A stretch of 64,000 nt of DNA from an uncultured Planctomycetaceae bacterium (GCA_963976765.1 CAXBME010000002.1:1-64000), one strand, 5' to 3'. Positions 49,934 through 60,600 are shown, counted from the first letter of the stretch. Numbers and translations: made by a program. The notes: generated from the sequence alone by a model not told the origin.

Positions 49934-51358
49934 CTACCGCGGCGTTGCAATCTGTCCGGCAATTGTTTTCAGACGCGTTGTGTCTGCAAATTCGGTTTCC
50001 AGGTCGACGTTCGATTCCTCAAGAACGGCCTGTAAAAACATGGTGAATCCCGGGCGAGTTTTCAGGGCCGGACCTGATTCATCCGTTGCGGCGTAAGTCC
50101 CGGCAGGCGTACGCTTCAAAGCCGATGCGTCGCGGAAATTGACCGCGACGAATTGCCCGTCAACTTTCTCCTGGCCAGCGGCGGTTTCCGAGTAGATCTC
50201 ACCTGAGTCGGCAATGACGATTCGCTGCCGCTCCGCCGGAAACTGAACGGCCGGAATGATCGGCAGCAGTCCGGCACCGGTATGAATTCCCAACCGGCCA
50301 TCGTCTCTGAAACCGAGCATGCCGGATCGTACGAATTCGTGTCGACCATTCCGTTCAACTTCCAGCCAGCCCGGCCCGTTTATCATCAGGTCGAGCGGAT
50401 TCCCAGTCTGTCGCATCTCGCCGGGTCGCAGATCGAGCCGCGTCAACCAGTGAACAGCCGGCGATAAAGCATCCGCCAAATCTGAATCCTCAAGATCGGA
50501 TTGAGGCGCTGCGTTACTGACCGGCCCGGCTGCGCTGCTCGAATCGACAGCCTCTGCCGAGGTTGAAACATTAAGAAGAATGATCTGCATTCGTTTGAAA
50601 CCGATCGTTTTCTGGTTCGCCTGATTTTCCCGATAGACGCGGTCAGCTTCCTCGCGAAGTCGTTTCGCAATCGGCGACTCGTCGTCCGCACCAGCCAGCA
50701 TGATCTGCGAATCTGTCGTCGAGGGGATGTCAACGGGGATCGGTCGAGCGTCACCCGCAGCCAACTCAGGGAACAAACCCGGGGGCTCGACATCCTGCCC
50801 CCTCGAGAGATCGGGAAACGAAAACCCGAGCGATTCGGACGCCACCGAGCCCAGTTGTTGCCGAAGAGCAAGAATCTCAGCGGCCTGACCTGCTGGCAGA
50901 TCTTTCAGCTCAGCATTCCAGACAGCGGCCTCTTCCTGAGAAAGAGTCGTGGCTGGCTGCGAGCTTTCCTTCGCGTGAACCTTTTCGACAGTTGCGGGAG
51001 TTTCGATTCCGTCCACAACATCTGTCTCTGTAATCGCTTCCGGAAAGTACGCAATGTCCGGGCCGACGACCGTCTCAGCCATTTTTGACGGTTCGCTGCG
51101 AAGGCGACCGGGGGATGGCTGGCCTGAAAACGACCCGGCCCCGAATTCGGAAGGAGACTCGGACGCCAGCGTGGCGGCGGGACCGAATTCCTGGCCGGAC
51201 GCCAGCTGCCAGCCGTCGGAGTTGAACGGCGAGACGATCGGGCGAATGACCAACTCTTCGCCAACTTCGTGGTTCAACCGCAGTGCCTGACCAAGCCAGA
51301 CGCCGATCAGCAACGTTGTCAGAAAACAACAGGCAGCTACCGGTAATCGAGATTTCAT
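49934..51358 (-). CDS. flagellar rod FlgG/FlgF-like domain protein with N-terminal membrane anchor
   Basis: NQANQKTIGFKR, QTGNPLDLMINGPGW, FVRSG and LEESNVD motifs, preceded by about 220 aa starting with a hydrophobic helix. Confidence 0.75.
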   Translation of the reverse strand: MKSRLPVAACCFLTTLLIGVWLGQALRLNHEVGEELVIRPIVSPFNSDGWQLASGQEFGPAATLASESPSEFGAGSFSGQPSPGRLRSEPSKMAETVVGPDIAYFPEAITETDVVDGIETPATVEKVHAKESSQPATTLSQEEAAVWNAELKDLPAGQAAEILALRQQLGSVASESLGFSFPDLSRGQDVEPPGLFPELAAGDARPIPVDIPSTTDSQIMLAGADDESPIAKRLREEADRVYRENQANQKTIGFKRMQIILLNVSTSAEAVDSSSAAGPVSNAAPQSDLEDSDLADALSPAVHWLTRLDLRPGEMRQTGNPLDLMINGPGWLEVERNGRHEFVRSGMLGFRDDGRLGIHTGAGLLPIIPAVQFPAERQRIVIADSGEIYSETAAGQEKVDGQFVAVNFRDASALKRTPAGTYAATDESGPALKTRPGFTMFLQAVLEESNVDLETEFADTTRLKTIAGQIATPR

Positions 51359-51431
51359 GCCCGCCTCCGTGCAGACTTCGCAGTTCTCGCACCGCGAGCA
51401 GACTTACCCGCCGTGCATGGCCGAGTCGTCG

Positions 51432-52829
51432 CTAATTTGCGACCGGCTTTTCTGCCGGGGCAGCGACTCGGGTCAGAACATACTTCCTGGCGACGGGTTG
51501 GTTAACCTCAAAGATCTGATCCTCGATCTTTTTCGCTGCAGCCGCGTGCCCGGCGACTCGTTCCGAAAGCCCTTCGAGCCGCTTTTCCATCTCGGCCACC
51601 TGCGCCCTCGCTTCGTCCGTCCTGGCATCACGTCTGGCTCGAGCATAACTCTGGAAGAGTCGCCATTCGTTTCGCAGATTCCTGACCGGACCACTGTTTC
51701 GATCTCGATTCAGGTTGGCGACTTTCAAAGCCTGCTGATATTGAGGTGTCTTGTCGTTGGCCTGTAGCTCGATGTGTCGCGAAAGTTGTTCGGAGCCAAA
51801 TTCGCCAACAACTGTTCCGTCGATCGATAACTCGTATCGCCCCGGAGCCAAACCGTGGACTTCGAAAGCTTCGCGGCTGTTCTTGTGGCCGAGGTTTGTC
51901 AGCTTGATACCGATGGCGGCCTCTTCCGGCAATACCCACGGCAGACCACTGGCGAGCCACGTGAACTCGACACCGTTTTCCGTTCGCTTCAAATCCGAAA
52001 CGGCTCCACCGGTTGACGTCGCTTTCGGAGTCGCTTTGCCGAAGATCTGAAGCCTGATGTTTGACAGCGGAGCCCTCAGGCCCAGATCGTCAATCATTGC
52101 AACAGCCATCACGGCCTGACCGGGTGCGTCAGGATGAACAGCGTCCTTGATGATGGTAAAACCGGGATCGTTTTTCCGAGCGGCGATCGTGAGGTTGTTG
52201 AGCGGCCCCCACATGTCGACAAAGCCGTAGCCGTTTTCGGTCGCCACTTCGCGAAGCCACGTTCCGTAGTAAGTCAGAACCGAATTGTACTGCGTCAAAA
52301 GTCCGTCTGAGTAAGTACGGCCCTGGCGCGGAAACAAGCGAGACGCTCGCGAGTCGTACATCGTCGGCGTCATCAGAAGCGGAGTAGCTCCCGCACCAAC
52401 GATCTTCTCGACGACGGTCGTCATGTCGCGATGGTAGGCGTCGAACGTGGCCTGGTCGAACGCCTGATAAGTTCCGTCGTTCATACCGAGCAGCACGCTG
52501 ACGTACTTCGGTTTGTACGCGGCGACGTCTTCGTCAAATCGGGCCAACGCGTCCCAGGCTCGCGCACCACCGACTCCCGAATTATGAAACTTCAACCGAA
52601 GGTTCGGCATCCGCTGATAAAAGAAGTCTTCGACGTACTGCGTGTAGAGGCACTGATGAGTGATACTGTCACCCAGGAAAACGAAGCAGTCTCCATCCTG
52701 CAGATCGACTTGCTTCAACGGAGCCTGTGGAACGTAAGCCTTTGACCCTGGCTCGTCAGCGAACGCCGACGCGGTCAGACAGAAAACGAACAGGATCAGC
52801 GAGACTCGCAGCAATTCACGAAGTGCCAT
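51432..52829 (-). CDS. secreted SGNH/GDSL hydrolase
   Basis: FLGDSIT, NSGVGG, LLGMND and DAVHP blocks; signal peptide from ATG 52829. Confidence 0.93.
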   Translation of the reverse strand: MALRELLRVSLILFVFCLTASAFADEPGSKAYVPQAPLKQVDLQDGDCFVFLGDSITHQCLYTQYVEDFFYQRMPNLRLKFHNSGVGGARAWDALARFDEDVAAYKPKYVSVLLGMNDGTYQAFDQATFDAYHRDMTTVVEKIVGAGATPLLMTPTMYDSRASRLFPRQGRTYSDGLLTQYNSVLTYYGTWLREVATENGYGFVDMWGPLNNLTIAARKNDPGFTIIKDAVHPDAPGQAVMAVAMIDDLGLRAPLSNIRLQIFGKATPKATSTGGAVSDLKRTENGVEFTWLASGLPWVLPEEAAIGIKLTNLGHKNSREAFEVHGLAPGRYELSIDGTVVGEFGSEQLSRHIELQANDKTPQYQQALKVANLNRDRNSGPVRNLRNEWRLFQSYARARRDARTDEARAQVAEMEKRLEGLSERVAGHAAAAKKIEDQIFEVNQPVARKYVLTRVAAPAEKPVAN

Positions 52830-52910
52830 GTTGAAGCTCCAGGTGGTGGTGTCAAATTGGCGGTTGCTCGGAAGACACCCGATCGTCAACCAACCGGGCG
52901 AGTGGCACGA

Positions 52911-53627
52911 TTATTCCTCATCTTCTTCATCGCTGGAGGTCTTCGCGACTTCGGCTTCCGGATCATCATCGCGTTTGATAATGATTGGATTCTGATCATC
53001 GATCAGCACCTTCGGAAAATTCTTTCGGATCGCGGCCAGGCCTTCTTCGCCGATCTGATTGCCGGTCATGTCGACAGTCTTGAGTTTCTTCAGCGACCGG
53101 TCAGCTCCCAGCGTCAGCGCCCCTTTGTCGGTGATGCGGCCGTAGCTGATATCCAGATCCGAGATCTTATCCAGCAGGCCCCATTCGTGTAGATAGTCGC
53201 AGGACGCGTTGACCGGGTCGATCAGCGTCAGCTTGCGGAACAGTCGAAGCTCCGGAGCCTGCAGCAGCACTTTGGACAACTTCAGAGTCAGCTCATCCAG
53301 TGTCAGGCCATAGACCCAGCCTCGGTACCATTCGATCGCGCAGGATGGTTTCGGCTGGAATCGGCGTCCCGGAATGTCCCGCATCATGATGAAGTCGGCT
53401 AGCGGCCCGATCCATTCCCGACCGTGTTCGCTCAGAATTCGTTTTTCCTGGAGCTCCAGCTCGAACCGCTTTTCGCGATTGAGCTTCTGATTCTCCAGAG
53501 CGATCTGAACTTCGATCAGGTCGGCTCGCGGCTCGCCGTCGTTTTCGCGAAGCCATTCGACATACGCCTCGTGGCGTTTGAGATCTTCCGGCTTCTCTAA
53601 GATCTTCTTCTCTAGCTTTTCGCTCAT
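52911..53627 (-). CDS. TIGR02996-like N-terminal domain plus leucine-rich-repeat protein
   Basis: ILEKPED...AYVEWLRE..EPRADLIEVQ; WYRGWV; LDISYGRITDKGA and VDMTGNQIGEEG LRRs. Confidence 0.75.
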   Translation of the reverse strand: MSEKLEKKILEKPEDLKRHEAYVEWLRENDGEPRADLIEVQIALENQKLNREKRFELELQEKRILSEHGREWIGPLADFIMMRDIPGRRFQPKPSCAIEWYRGWVYGLTLDELTLKLSKVLLQAPELRLFRKLTLIDPVNASCDYLHEWGLLDKISDLDISYGRITDKGALTLGADRSLKKLKTVDMTGNQIGEEGLAAIRKNFPKVLIDDQNPIIIKRDDDPEAEVAKTSSDEEDEE

Positions 53628-53871
53628 CGTCGTCCTTTCGCCGGGAAGCAGAGACCGATCGAGCGGAAGCTCGATTACGGCGGGTCTTTTCTCAATAAGC
53701 TTCCGGGCTGGTCGTTCAGATCGTGGGGTCAGAATTTCAAATTGACCCCGGAAAGGCCGCGCATTCTAGCGGCAAAAAACGACCTGTGAACAACGTGCGG
53801 ACCTTAACCGCCACAGAATCCAATCTCGGAAGCGGTCTCGCGACGTCGAAATCTCGCCAGAATCTCGCGAA

Positions 53872-54696
53872 TTATTCGCCCGAATCCGCAGCGGCCTTTT
53901 CGACAGGGGCACCCATCACGTGGTAGCCGCAGTCGACATGAACGTTTTCGCCGGTAATTCCGCTGGCAAGATCGCTCAGCAGAAACATGGCCGATTTGCC
54001 GACTTCGTCTCGATCAACAGGCCGTCTCAGAGGCGACATGGCCGTGTAAAGATCATCCATTTTGCTTTGATCGCTGACGGCACTGGCGGCCAGAGTCTTG
54101 ATCGGGCCAGCACTGATCGCGTTGACGCGGATGTTGCTTTCCGAACCAAGTTCGTGAGCCAGGTACTTGACCGAAGTTTCCAGAGCCGACTTGCACAGCC
54201 CCATAATGTTGTAACCAGGGATGACCGCTTCGCCACCCAGATACGTCAGTGTGAGGATGCTTCCGCCGTTGGGCATCAGCTCTTTGGCTCGGGCAGCCAG
54301 CGAAATCAGGCTGTAGCACGAAATTTCCATCGACAGTTTAAAACCGTCGCGGCTGCAGGCGTAAACGGGGCCTTTAATGTCAGCCATCGGGGCGTAGGCA
54401 ATCGAATGGACGACGAAGTCGAGTTCGCCGAAAGCTTCTTTCGCCATCGCAAACGCTTTATCCAGATCGGCGTCGTCGGTGACATCGCACGAAGTCACGA
54501 CTTTGGCCCCCAACGGGTCGACCAGCTTTCGCAGCTTGCGTTCGGCCTTTGGACGCTCGGGATCACTATCCGGAAGGTGCGTGAAACCCATTTCGGCACC
54601 TTCAGCAGCCAACGCCTGCGTGATCGCCCAGGCGATCGATCGGTCATTCGCAATTCCGAAAACCATGCCTTTTTTGCCGGTAAACAGTCCCATCAT
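53872..54696 (-). CDS. fabI: enoyl-[acyl-carrier-protein] reductase FabI
   Basis: [42 protein letters not shown] and ITGE..HVD.G motifs. Confidence 0.96.
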   Translation of the reverse strand: MMGLFTGKKGMVFGIANDRSIAWAITQALAAEGAEMGFTHLPDSDPERPKAERKLRKLVDPLGAKVVTSCDVTDDADLDKAFAMAKEAFGELDFVVHSIAYAPMADIKGPVYACSRDGFKLSMEISCYSLISLAARAKELMPNGGSILTLTYLGGEAVIPGYNIMGLCKSALETSVKYLAHELGSESNIRVNAISAGPIKTLAASAVSDQSKMDDLYTAMSPLRRPVDRDEVGKSAMFLLSDLASGITGENVHVDCGYHVMGAPVEKAAADSGE

Positions 54697-54910
54697 TCGT
54701 TCCTTGCCGCTCTTGATGTATTTATTTTCGAGCGAAGCCCGCCACTAGGCGGGCCCGCAATTCATTGTTGATTCAGCGTTTGCAGAGCGTACCGAGAGCC
54801 GGTCAGAGCTTCAACTGGCCATGTTCTGGTCATCCCAGTCACGAGTCATTCCCGTGCGGGAGGAAACCCAACCTACGGAAGACTCACGACTTAGCTGACT
54901 CGTGCCGGAA

Positions 54911-55747
54911 CTACTTCTCCCGGGAATCAGGCTGCGGGGGAGGGACGAAGTCGGCTGATTCCAGGTTCACACGAACTCCGGTTTTCGGGATCTCGCGTTT
55001 CAGCACCCAACTGACCGACTGAGCGAGCATTCGCTGGTAGGATTCCAGTTTCCAGTTCTCGTGAAAGTGCAGGCCGCTGAAGCCGAACGATCGTCCGCCG
55101 TCGGGGCGCTCCCACGCCCAACCGACAGTGTGATCTTCTTCCTCGATCCGAACCTGAATCAGCGGTGTGATTTGATCGGCCGGCTGAGCCCATTTCAGCT
55201 TGAAGTAGAATTCTTCGTGAACCTCGACCGGACTGACGCCTCGCAGAATCGGGTGGTCTGGCGTTGCCAATTGCGTTTTCACATCGACCACTTTGTAACG
55301 CCGATCCGGCCCGCCGTGGCAGCCGCCAAACAGCTCAACCCATTTCGGGATGAACTTCGCATCGCGAGTGCCCATTCCCCAGTGCAGACAGATCAACCCG
55401 CCGCCTCGTTTGGCCAGAGCCTGAAACGCCGCCAGCCGTTTGGCATCAGCCTGCAGCCACTTCGCTCCCTCAGAAACAAAGACGACCGCCGCATCCGCCC
55501 CGTCGAGCAACTCCGGACCTTCCGACCAGTCTCCGTCTGCCGAGACAACGATCGTCTGCAGCCGCTCCATTGGCGCGAGCATCTTTGCAAACAAACTCGC
55601 CGCCGCCCGATACTCATGAGTCCCCGGCGGATGTCCATCCGGAGCCTGCCCGATCAGCAGAATGCGCTGGATTTTTTCGGCGGCGCAGGTCGGCCCTCGT
55701 TGCACGGCGACAACCAGCAGGCAGATTACTAGAACAAACCGAGTCAT
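54911..55747 (-). CDS. ThuA-like (class I glutamine amidotransferase fold) secreted protein
   Basis: DGHPPGTHEY, GGGLICLH, HPILRG, EEFY, WAWERPDGGRSFGFSGLH and W motifs. Confidence 0.88.
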   Translation of the reverse strand: MTRFVLVICLLVVAVQRGPTCAAEKIQRILLIGQAPDGHPPGTHEYRAAASLFAKMLAPMERLQTIVVSADGDWSEGPELLDGADAAVVFVSEGAKWLQADAKRLAAFQALAKRGGGLICLHWGMGTRDAKFIPKWVELFGGCHGGPDRRYKVVDVKTQLATPDHPILRGVSPVEVHEEFYFKLKWAQPADQITPLIQVRIEEEDHTVGWAWERPDGGRSFGFSGLHFHENWKLESYQRMLAQSVSWVLKREIPKTGVRVNLESADFVPPPQPDSREK

Positions 55748-55839
55748 GGCATTTTCCGCGGTAGAGTGCGTCTCGACGCACCTGTGAGATTAGAGCCTGA
55801 ACTGGTGCGCCAAGACGCTCCTGCTCCGGACCGACAGAT

Positions 55840-56802
55840 TCATAATCCACACGCCGAGCGGACTCGGTCAAGGACTTCGCGACCGATGGCACGGGCTCGG
55901 GCGGCGCCGTCCTTCAGAATGTCCTCCAGCGTGTCCGGGTTTTGTTCGAGTTGCTCTCGGCGTTCACGAGCTTCGGCGAAGTGTTCGGTGGCGGCTTCGT
56001 TGACCAGTTTCTTGGCTTCGCCGTAACCCATCCCGCCGGCTCGGTAGCGTTCGGCGAGTTCTGCTTGTTGTTCCTCAGTGGCGAACAGTTTATAGAGGTC
56101 GAAGACTGCGCAGGTTTCGGGATTCTTGGGATCGTCGACGCCGCTGGAGTCTGTTTTGACCGAGTTGATTTTCTTCTTGATTCGCTTCGGAGTGTCGAAC
56201 AGCTCGATCGTGTTGTTGTAACTTTTCGACATTTTCTCGCCGTCCGTGCCGGGGACTTTGGCGGTGGACTCAACGACCTTCGCGTTTGGAAGTTTGAGAG
56301 CTTCCACTCCATAAATGTTGTTGAATCGCGAAGCAATGTCCCGAGTGACCTCGATGTGCTGAACCTGGTCCAGCCCGACCGGCACGGTATCGCTGTCGTA
56401 AAGCAGAATGTCCGCAGCCATTAGAACCGGATAAGTGAACAGCCCGGCGTCGGCGGCAATCCCCTTCGCCTTTTTATCCTTATAGGCATGACACTTTTCG
56501 AGCAGGTGCATCTGCGTGACGGTCATCAGCAGCCAGGTCAGTTCAGTGACTTCCGGCACGTCCGATTGTCGAAACAGCGTTGCCTGTTCGGGCTTCAGCC
56601 CCAAAGCCAGCAGATCGAGAGCAGCGTCGCGGACGTAGCCTTTCAGCACTTCCGGTTCGCGGACAGTCGTCAGAGCGTGGTAGTCGGCGATGAAATAAAA
56701 CGCCTGTTCGTTGTCCTGCAGGTCGATGTACTGCCGGATGGCTCCGAAATAGTTGCCCCAATGAAATCGACCGGTCGGCTGAATGCCGGATAAAACTTTC
56801 AT
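55840..56802 (-). CDS. trpS: tryptophan--tRNA ligase
   Basis: [12 protein letters not shown] (HIGH), [18 protein letters not shown] and KMSKS motifs; start ATG 56802. Confidence 0.97.
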   Translation of the reverse strand: MKVLSGIQPTGRFHWGNYFGAIRQYIDLQDNEQAFYFIADYHALTTVREPEVLKGYVRDAALDLLALGLKPEQATLFRQSDVPEVTELTWLLMTVTQMHLLEKCHAYKDKKAKGIAADAGLFTYPVLMAADILLYDSDTVPVGLDQVQHIEVTRDIASRFNNIYGVEALKLPNAKVVESTAKVPGTDGEKMSKSYNNTIELFDTPKRIKKKINSVKTDSSGVDDPKNPETCAVFDLYKLFATEEQQAELAERYRAGGMGYGEAKKLVNEAATEHFAEARERREQLEQNPDTLEDILKDGAARARAIGREVLDRVRSACGL

Positions 56803-56852
56803 CGCAAATCTGTCCTGAGGAACTGCTGAATTCTGGTTGAAGAAATGTTCTG

Positions 56853-56913
56853 AACCACAGAGACACAGAGTGCACGGAGAATTGACACTCCACATCTCTG
56901 GCTCTCTGCGGTT
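56853..56913. repeat. CACAGAG-nonamer palindromic intergenic repeat
   Basis: AACCACAGAGACACAGAGTGCACGGAG ... CTCTGGCTCTCTGCGGTT imperfect inverted repeat. Confidence 0.6.
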
Positions 56914-57195
56914 AGCCCTTTCGTCTGACAATTTAGCGATTCGACAGGATCACGCATCAGTCAGAGACTGTTTCAGTCAGTTCCAAAGGCGATATGGCCA
57001 CTGCGTCGACTCCTGCGGAGACTGTGCTATCGTACGCGCGTCCGTGCGCGTTTTACCTGAACGAGCACACTTTGCCTGAATCCGCTGTCACCCTTTGTGA
57101 GCGAGACAGCTCCAGGATTTCGGTCCTTCTGTGCGTCACAGAAGGTGGATTTACGTGAAACGGACCCATCCCGGACGAATGGAGGCGGCTGCGGC

Positions 57196-60100
57196 GTGGC
57201 GAAGAAGAAAGCAACCAAGAAAGCGGCAACCGGTAGTTCGCCCGCGAAAAAAGCGGTGAGAAAGAAGGCTGCGAAGAAAAAAGCAGCAGCGCCGGCTCAG
57301 AAAAAAGCTGCCGACCCCGCACGCAGGAAAGCAACGGCCAAAAAAGCCGCTGCGAAAAAGACTGCGAGCACGAAGGCGACGGCAACGGAAGCGGTCACTA
57401 AACAGATTGCGGACGAGCCAGCAGCCGAACTCGCCGCCGCTCCGCAACCAGCAACAAAGCCGACTGCTGCCAGAATCGAACCAGCGAAGTTCAGACTGAA
57501 CCCGGAAAACGATTCGCTGGCGGCGGATGTCGAATCAGAAACTCACGCCATCGGTGACTGGTTGCAGCAGCACAGCTCTCGACGGAAGCCATCAATCTTT
57601 GAACGCCGCTGGTGGGACGACCACATTCTTTCCTGGGCGATGGCGGACGAGTCGGTCAAAGTTCAGATGTTCCGCTTTGTAGACGTTCTGCCGATGCTGA
57701 AGGATCATCAGTCGGTTTCCCGGCATCTGCAGGAATACTTCGAAGAAGTCAACGATCACCTGCCCGGCGCCGTTCGCATGGTGGTCGATCATGCCGGACC
57801 GAACACGGTGCTCGGTCGCGCGTTGTCGATGAACGCTCGCAGCAACGCGCTGCGAATGGCCGAACGGTTCATTGCCGGCAGTACGTCTGAAGAAGTGCTG
57901 GCTTCTGTGACAAAACTCAGAAAGCAGGGCTTCGCGTTCTCGCTCGACCTGCTAGGCGAAGCGGTCGTGTCCGAACCCGAAGCCAATCTCTACCGCAATT
58001 CGTACTGCGAGTTGCTCGACAACCTGGCCAGCAGCGTCAACGGCTGGTCGGAAGACACGCAGATCGATCACGACGACCGTGGCCCGATTCCGCGTCTCAA
58101 TGTGTCGGTCAAACTTTCGGCTTTGTACAGCCAGTTCAGCCCGGTCGATCCGATCGGCACGGCGGAAGTCGTCAAAAAGCGACTGCGGACAATTCTGCGT
58201 CGAGCCCGCAAGAACATGGCGTACGTTCATGTCGACATGGAACAGTACGCTTACAAAGACCTGACGCTGCAAATTTTCAAAGACGTCCTGATGGATGAAG
58301 AATTCCGTGACTTTGCGGACGTCGGCATCGTCATTCAGGCTTACCTTCGGGATGCGGAAAACGATCTGCAACAACTGCGGCAGTGGGTCGCCGAACGCGG
58401 TACGCCAATCACCGTAAGACTCGTCAAAGGTGCGTACTGGGATTACGAAACGGTCATTGCCGAGCAGAAGGGCTGGCCGGCTCCCGTCTTCCAGGAAAAA
58501 TGGCAGTCGGACGTAAACTTCGAAAAGCTCAGCCGGTTTCTGCTGGAAAATTACGAAGCGCTGCGACCAGCATTTGCCAGCCACAATATGAGAAGCCTCG
58601 CGCACGCAATCGCCTGGGCTCGCAAATTGAATGTTCCGAAGCGTGCCTACGAAATTCAGATGCTGTACGGCATGGCGGAAGATCAGGCTCAACTGTTCCG
58701 CGAACTGGGCCATCGAGTCCGCATTTACGCGCCGTTTGGCGAACTCATCCCCGGCATGGCGTACCTCGTCCGCCGGCTGCTTGAAAACACCTCGAACGAC
58801 TCATTCCTGAGGCACAGCCTCGCTGAGGATATTCCCCTGGAGAAACTCATGGCCAATCCGTCGTCAACTGTCAGCAGTGATCAGGCCAGCGAAAAGACAT
58901 CTGCCAATCCGTCTGCCGAAACGGCCCCGGTCTTCACCAACGAACCGCAGCTCGATTTCAGCAGAGAAGAAGTGCGGCAGGAGTTTCAGGAAGCCGTCGA
59001 TTCGGTTCGTGAAGAGTTTGGTCGAGACTACTACCTGGTGATTGGCGGCAAACGCGTTGAAACTCGCGGACAGCTGGTCAGTCGAAACCCGTCTCACAAA
59101 ACTCAGATCGTCGGCACAGTTGGAGCGGCCTCCCCCGACGACGCTCAGGAAGCGATCGACGCTGCGGAAAAGGCGTTCAAAACCTGGTCGAAGTTCGACG
59201 TCAACTACCGCGCCGAATACTTGAATCTTCTGGCCAATGCTCTGCGCGAACGCCGCTACGAACTCGCCGCGTGGGAAGTCCACGAATGCGGCAAGACCTG
59301 GCAGGAAGCCGACGCCGACGTCGCCGAAGCAATCGACTTCTGCGTTTACTACTCGCAACAGGCCATCGAACTGCTGGCTCCGCGCGAGGTGAATATCGCA
59401 GGCGAAGAAAATACTTATTACTACCGTCCGCGAGGTGTCGCCGTCGTGATCGCTCCGTGGAATTTCCCGTTGGCGATCCTGACCGGCATGACCGCCGCCG
59501 CGATGGTAACAGGGAACACTGTCATCATGAAACCGGCCGAGCAGTCGTCGGTGATCGCCGCCAGGCTGATGGAAATTCTGCAGGAGATCGACCTGCCCGA
59601 CGGCGTGGTCAACTTCCTGCCCGGCGTCGGTGAAGAAGTGGGCCCCGTCCTGGTCGGCAGTCACGAAGTCGACATCATCGCCTTCACCGGCTCGCGGAAC
59701 GTGGGTCTTGAGATCAACCGAACCGCTGCCGAAACCGATCCTCGGCAAACGCACGTCAAGAAAGTTATCGCCGAAATGGGCGGCAAGAACGCGATCATCG
59801 TCGACGACGACGCGGACCTTGATGAAGCCGTTCAGGGAGTCATCCACAGCGCGTTTAACTATGCCGGACAAAAGTGTTCGGCATGCTCGCGGGTCGTCGT
59901 CCTGCGAAGCATCTATCCGGCTTTTGTGAAACGACTGGTCGCGGCAACTCGAAGTCTGAAAGTCGGCCTTGCAGAAGAAGCTGGAACAACTGTCGGGCCA
60001 GTGATCGATGAAAAATCTCTGGAGCGGATTCAGAAGCACATCGAAATCGGTAAAGAGGAAAACCGGCTGGTGCTTGAATACCCGCTGCCGGACGGTCTTG

Positions 60101-60504
60101 CCGAGCAAGGCTACTTCGTCGGGCCACACGTCTTCGCCGATGTCGACCCCAGCAGTCGACTTGCGCAGGAAGAAATCTTCGGACCAGTTCTTGCCGTACT
60201 GCCGGTCGATGATCTTTCAGAAGCCATCGACGTCGTCAACGACACTGACTACGCGCTGACCGCCGGAGTCTTCAGCCGATCCCCCGCCAACCTGAAACGC
60301 TGCGTGCAGGAGCTGGAAGTCGGCAATCTCTATCTCAATCGAGGCACCACCGGAGCCCTGGTCAATCGCCAGCCATTCGGCGGCTTCCGCATGTCAGGCA
60401 TCGGCACGAAAGCCGGCGGCCCGGACTACCTCGCCCAGTTCATCCTCCCGGTCAACGTCACCGAAAACACCCTCCGCCGAGGCTTCGCCCCCGAAGCCGA
60501 GTAG
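57196..60504 (+). CDS. putA: bifunctional proline dehydrogenase/P5C dehydrogenase PutA with Lys/Ala-rich N-terminal tail
   Basis: FRFVDVLP, DLLGEA, SVKLS, RLVKGAYWD, YLVRRLLEN, PWNFP, FTGS, EMGGKN, GQKCSA and EEIFGP motifs; GTG start after GGAGG. Confidence 0.96.
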   Translation: MAKKKATKKAATGSSPAKKAVRKKAAKKKAAAPAQKKAADPARRKATAKKAAAKKTASTKATATEAVTKQIADEPAAELAAAPQPATKPTAARIEPAKFRLNPENDSLAADVESETHAIGDWLQQHSSRRKPSIFERRWWDDHILSWAMADESVKVQMFRFVDVLPMLKDHQSVSRHLQEYFEEVNDHLPGAVRMVVDHAGPNTVLGRALSMNARSNALRMAERFIAGSTSEEVLASVTKLRKQGFAFSLDLLGEAVVSEPEANLYRNSYCELLDNLASSVNGWSEDTQIDHDDRGPIPRLNVSVKLSALYSQFSPVDPIGTAEVVKKRLRTILRRARKNMAYVHVDMEQYAYKDLTLQIFKDVLMDEEFRDFADVGIVIQAYLRDAENDLQQLRQWVAERGTPITVRLVKGAYWDYETVIAEQKGWPAPVFQEKWQSDVNFEKLSRFLLENYEALRPAFASHNMRSLAHAIAWARKLNVPKRAYEIQMLYGMAEDQAQLFRELGHRVRIYAPFGELIPGMAYLVRRLLENTSNDSFLRHSLAEDIPLEKLMANPSSTVSSDQASEKTSANPSAETAPVFTNEPQLDFSREEVRQEFQEAVDSVREEFGRDYYLVIGGKRVETRGQLVSRNPSHKTQIVGTVGAASPDDAQEAIDAAEKAFKTWSKFDVNYRAEYLNLLANALRERRYELAAWEVHECGKTWQEADADVAEAIDFCVYYSQQAIELLAPREVNIAGEENTYYYRPRGVAVVIAPWNFPLAILTGMTAAAMVTGNTVIMKPAEQSSVIAARLMEILQEIDLPDGVVNFLPGVGEEVGPVLVGSHEVDIIAFTGSRNVGLEINRTAAETDPRQTHVKKVIAEMGGKNAIIVDDDADLDEAVQGVIHSAFNYAGQKCSACSRVVVLRSIYPAFVKRLVAATRSLKVGLAEEAGTTVGPVIDEKSLERIQKHIEIGKEENRLVLEYPLPDGLAEQGYFVGPHVFADVDPSSRLAQEEIFGPVLAVLPVDDLSEAIDVVNDTDYALTAGVFSRSPANLKRCVQELEVGNLYLNRGTTGALVNRQPFGGFRMSGIGTKAGGPDYLAQFILPVNVTENTLRRGFAPEAE

Positions 60505-60600
60505 AGCCGTTCTCGGTTAATGGCAGCGTTTTCGCTCTTCCCAACCCGAAGAGTGCCGCTTCATGCATGAAGCGCTGCAGGTCGTTGTCAGGACTGTCTT

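Noticed and set aside
56803..57195. T-box or Trp attenuator upstream of trpS; ORF-track N-terminal extensions of trpS and putA
   Set aside because: No T-box consensus or Trp-rich leader peptide was seen. The extensions run through repeat or promoter DNA and better starts exist downstream.
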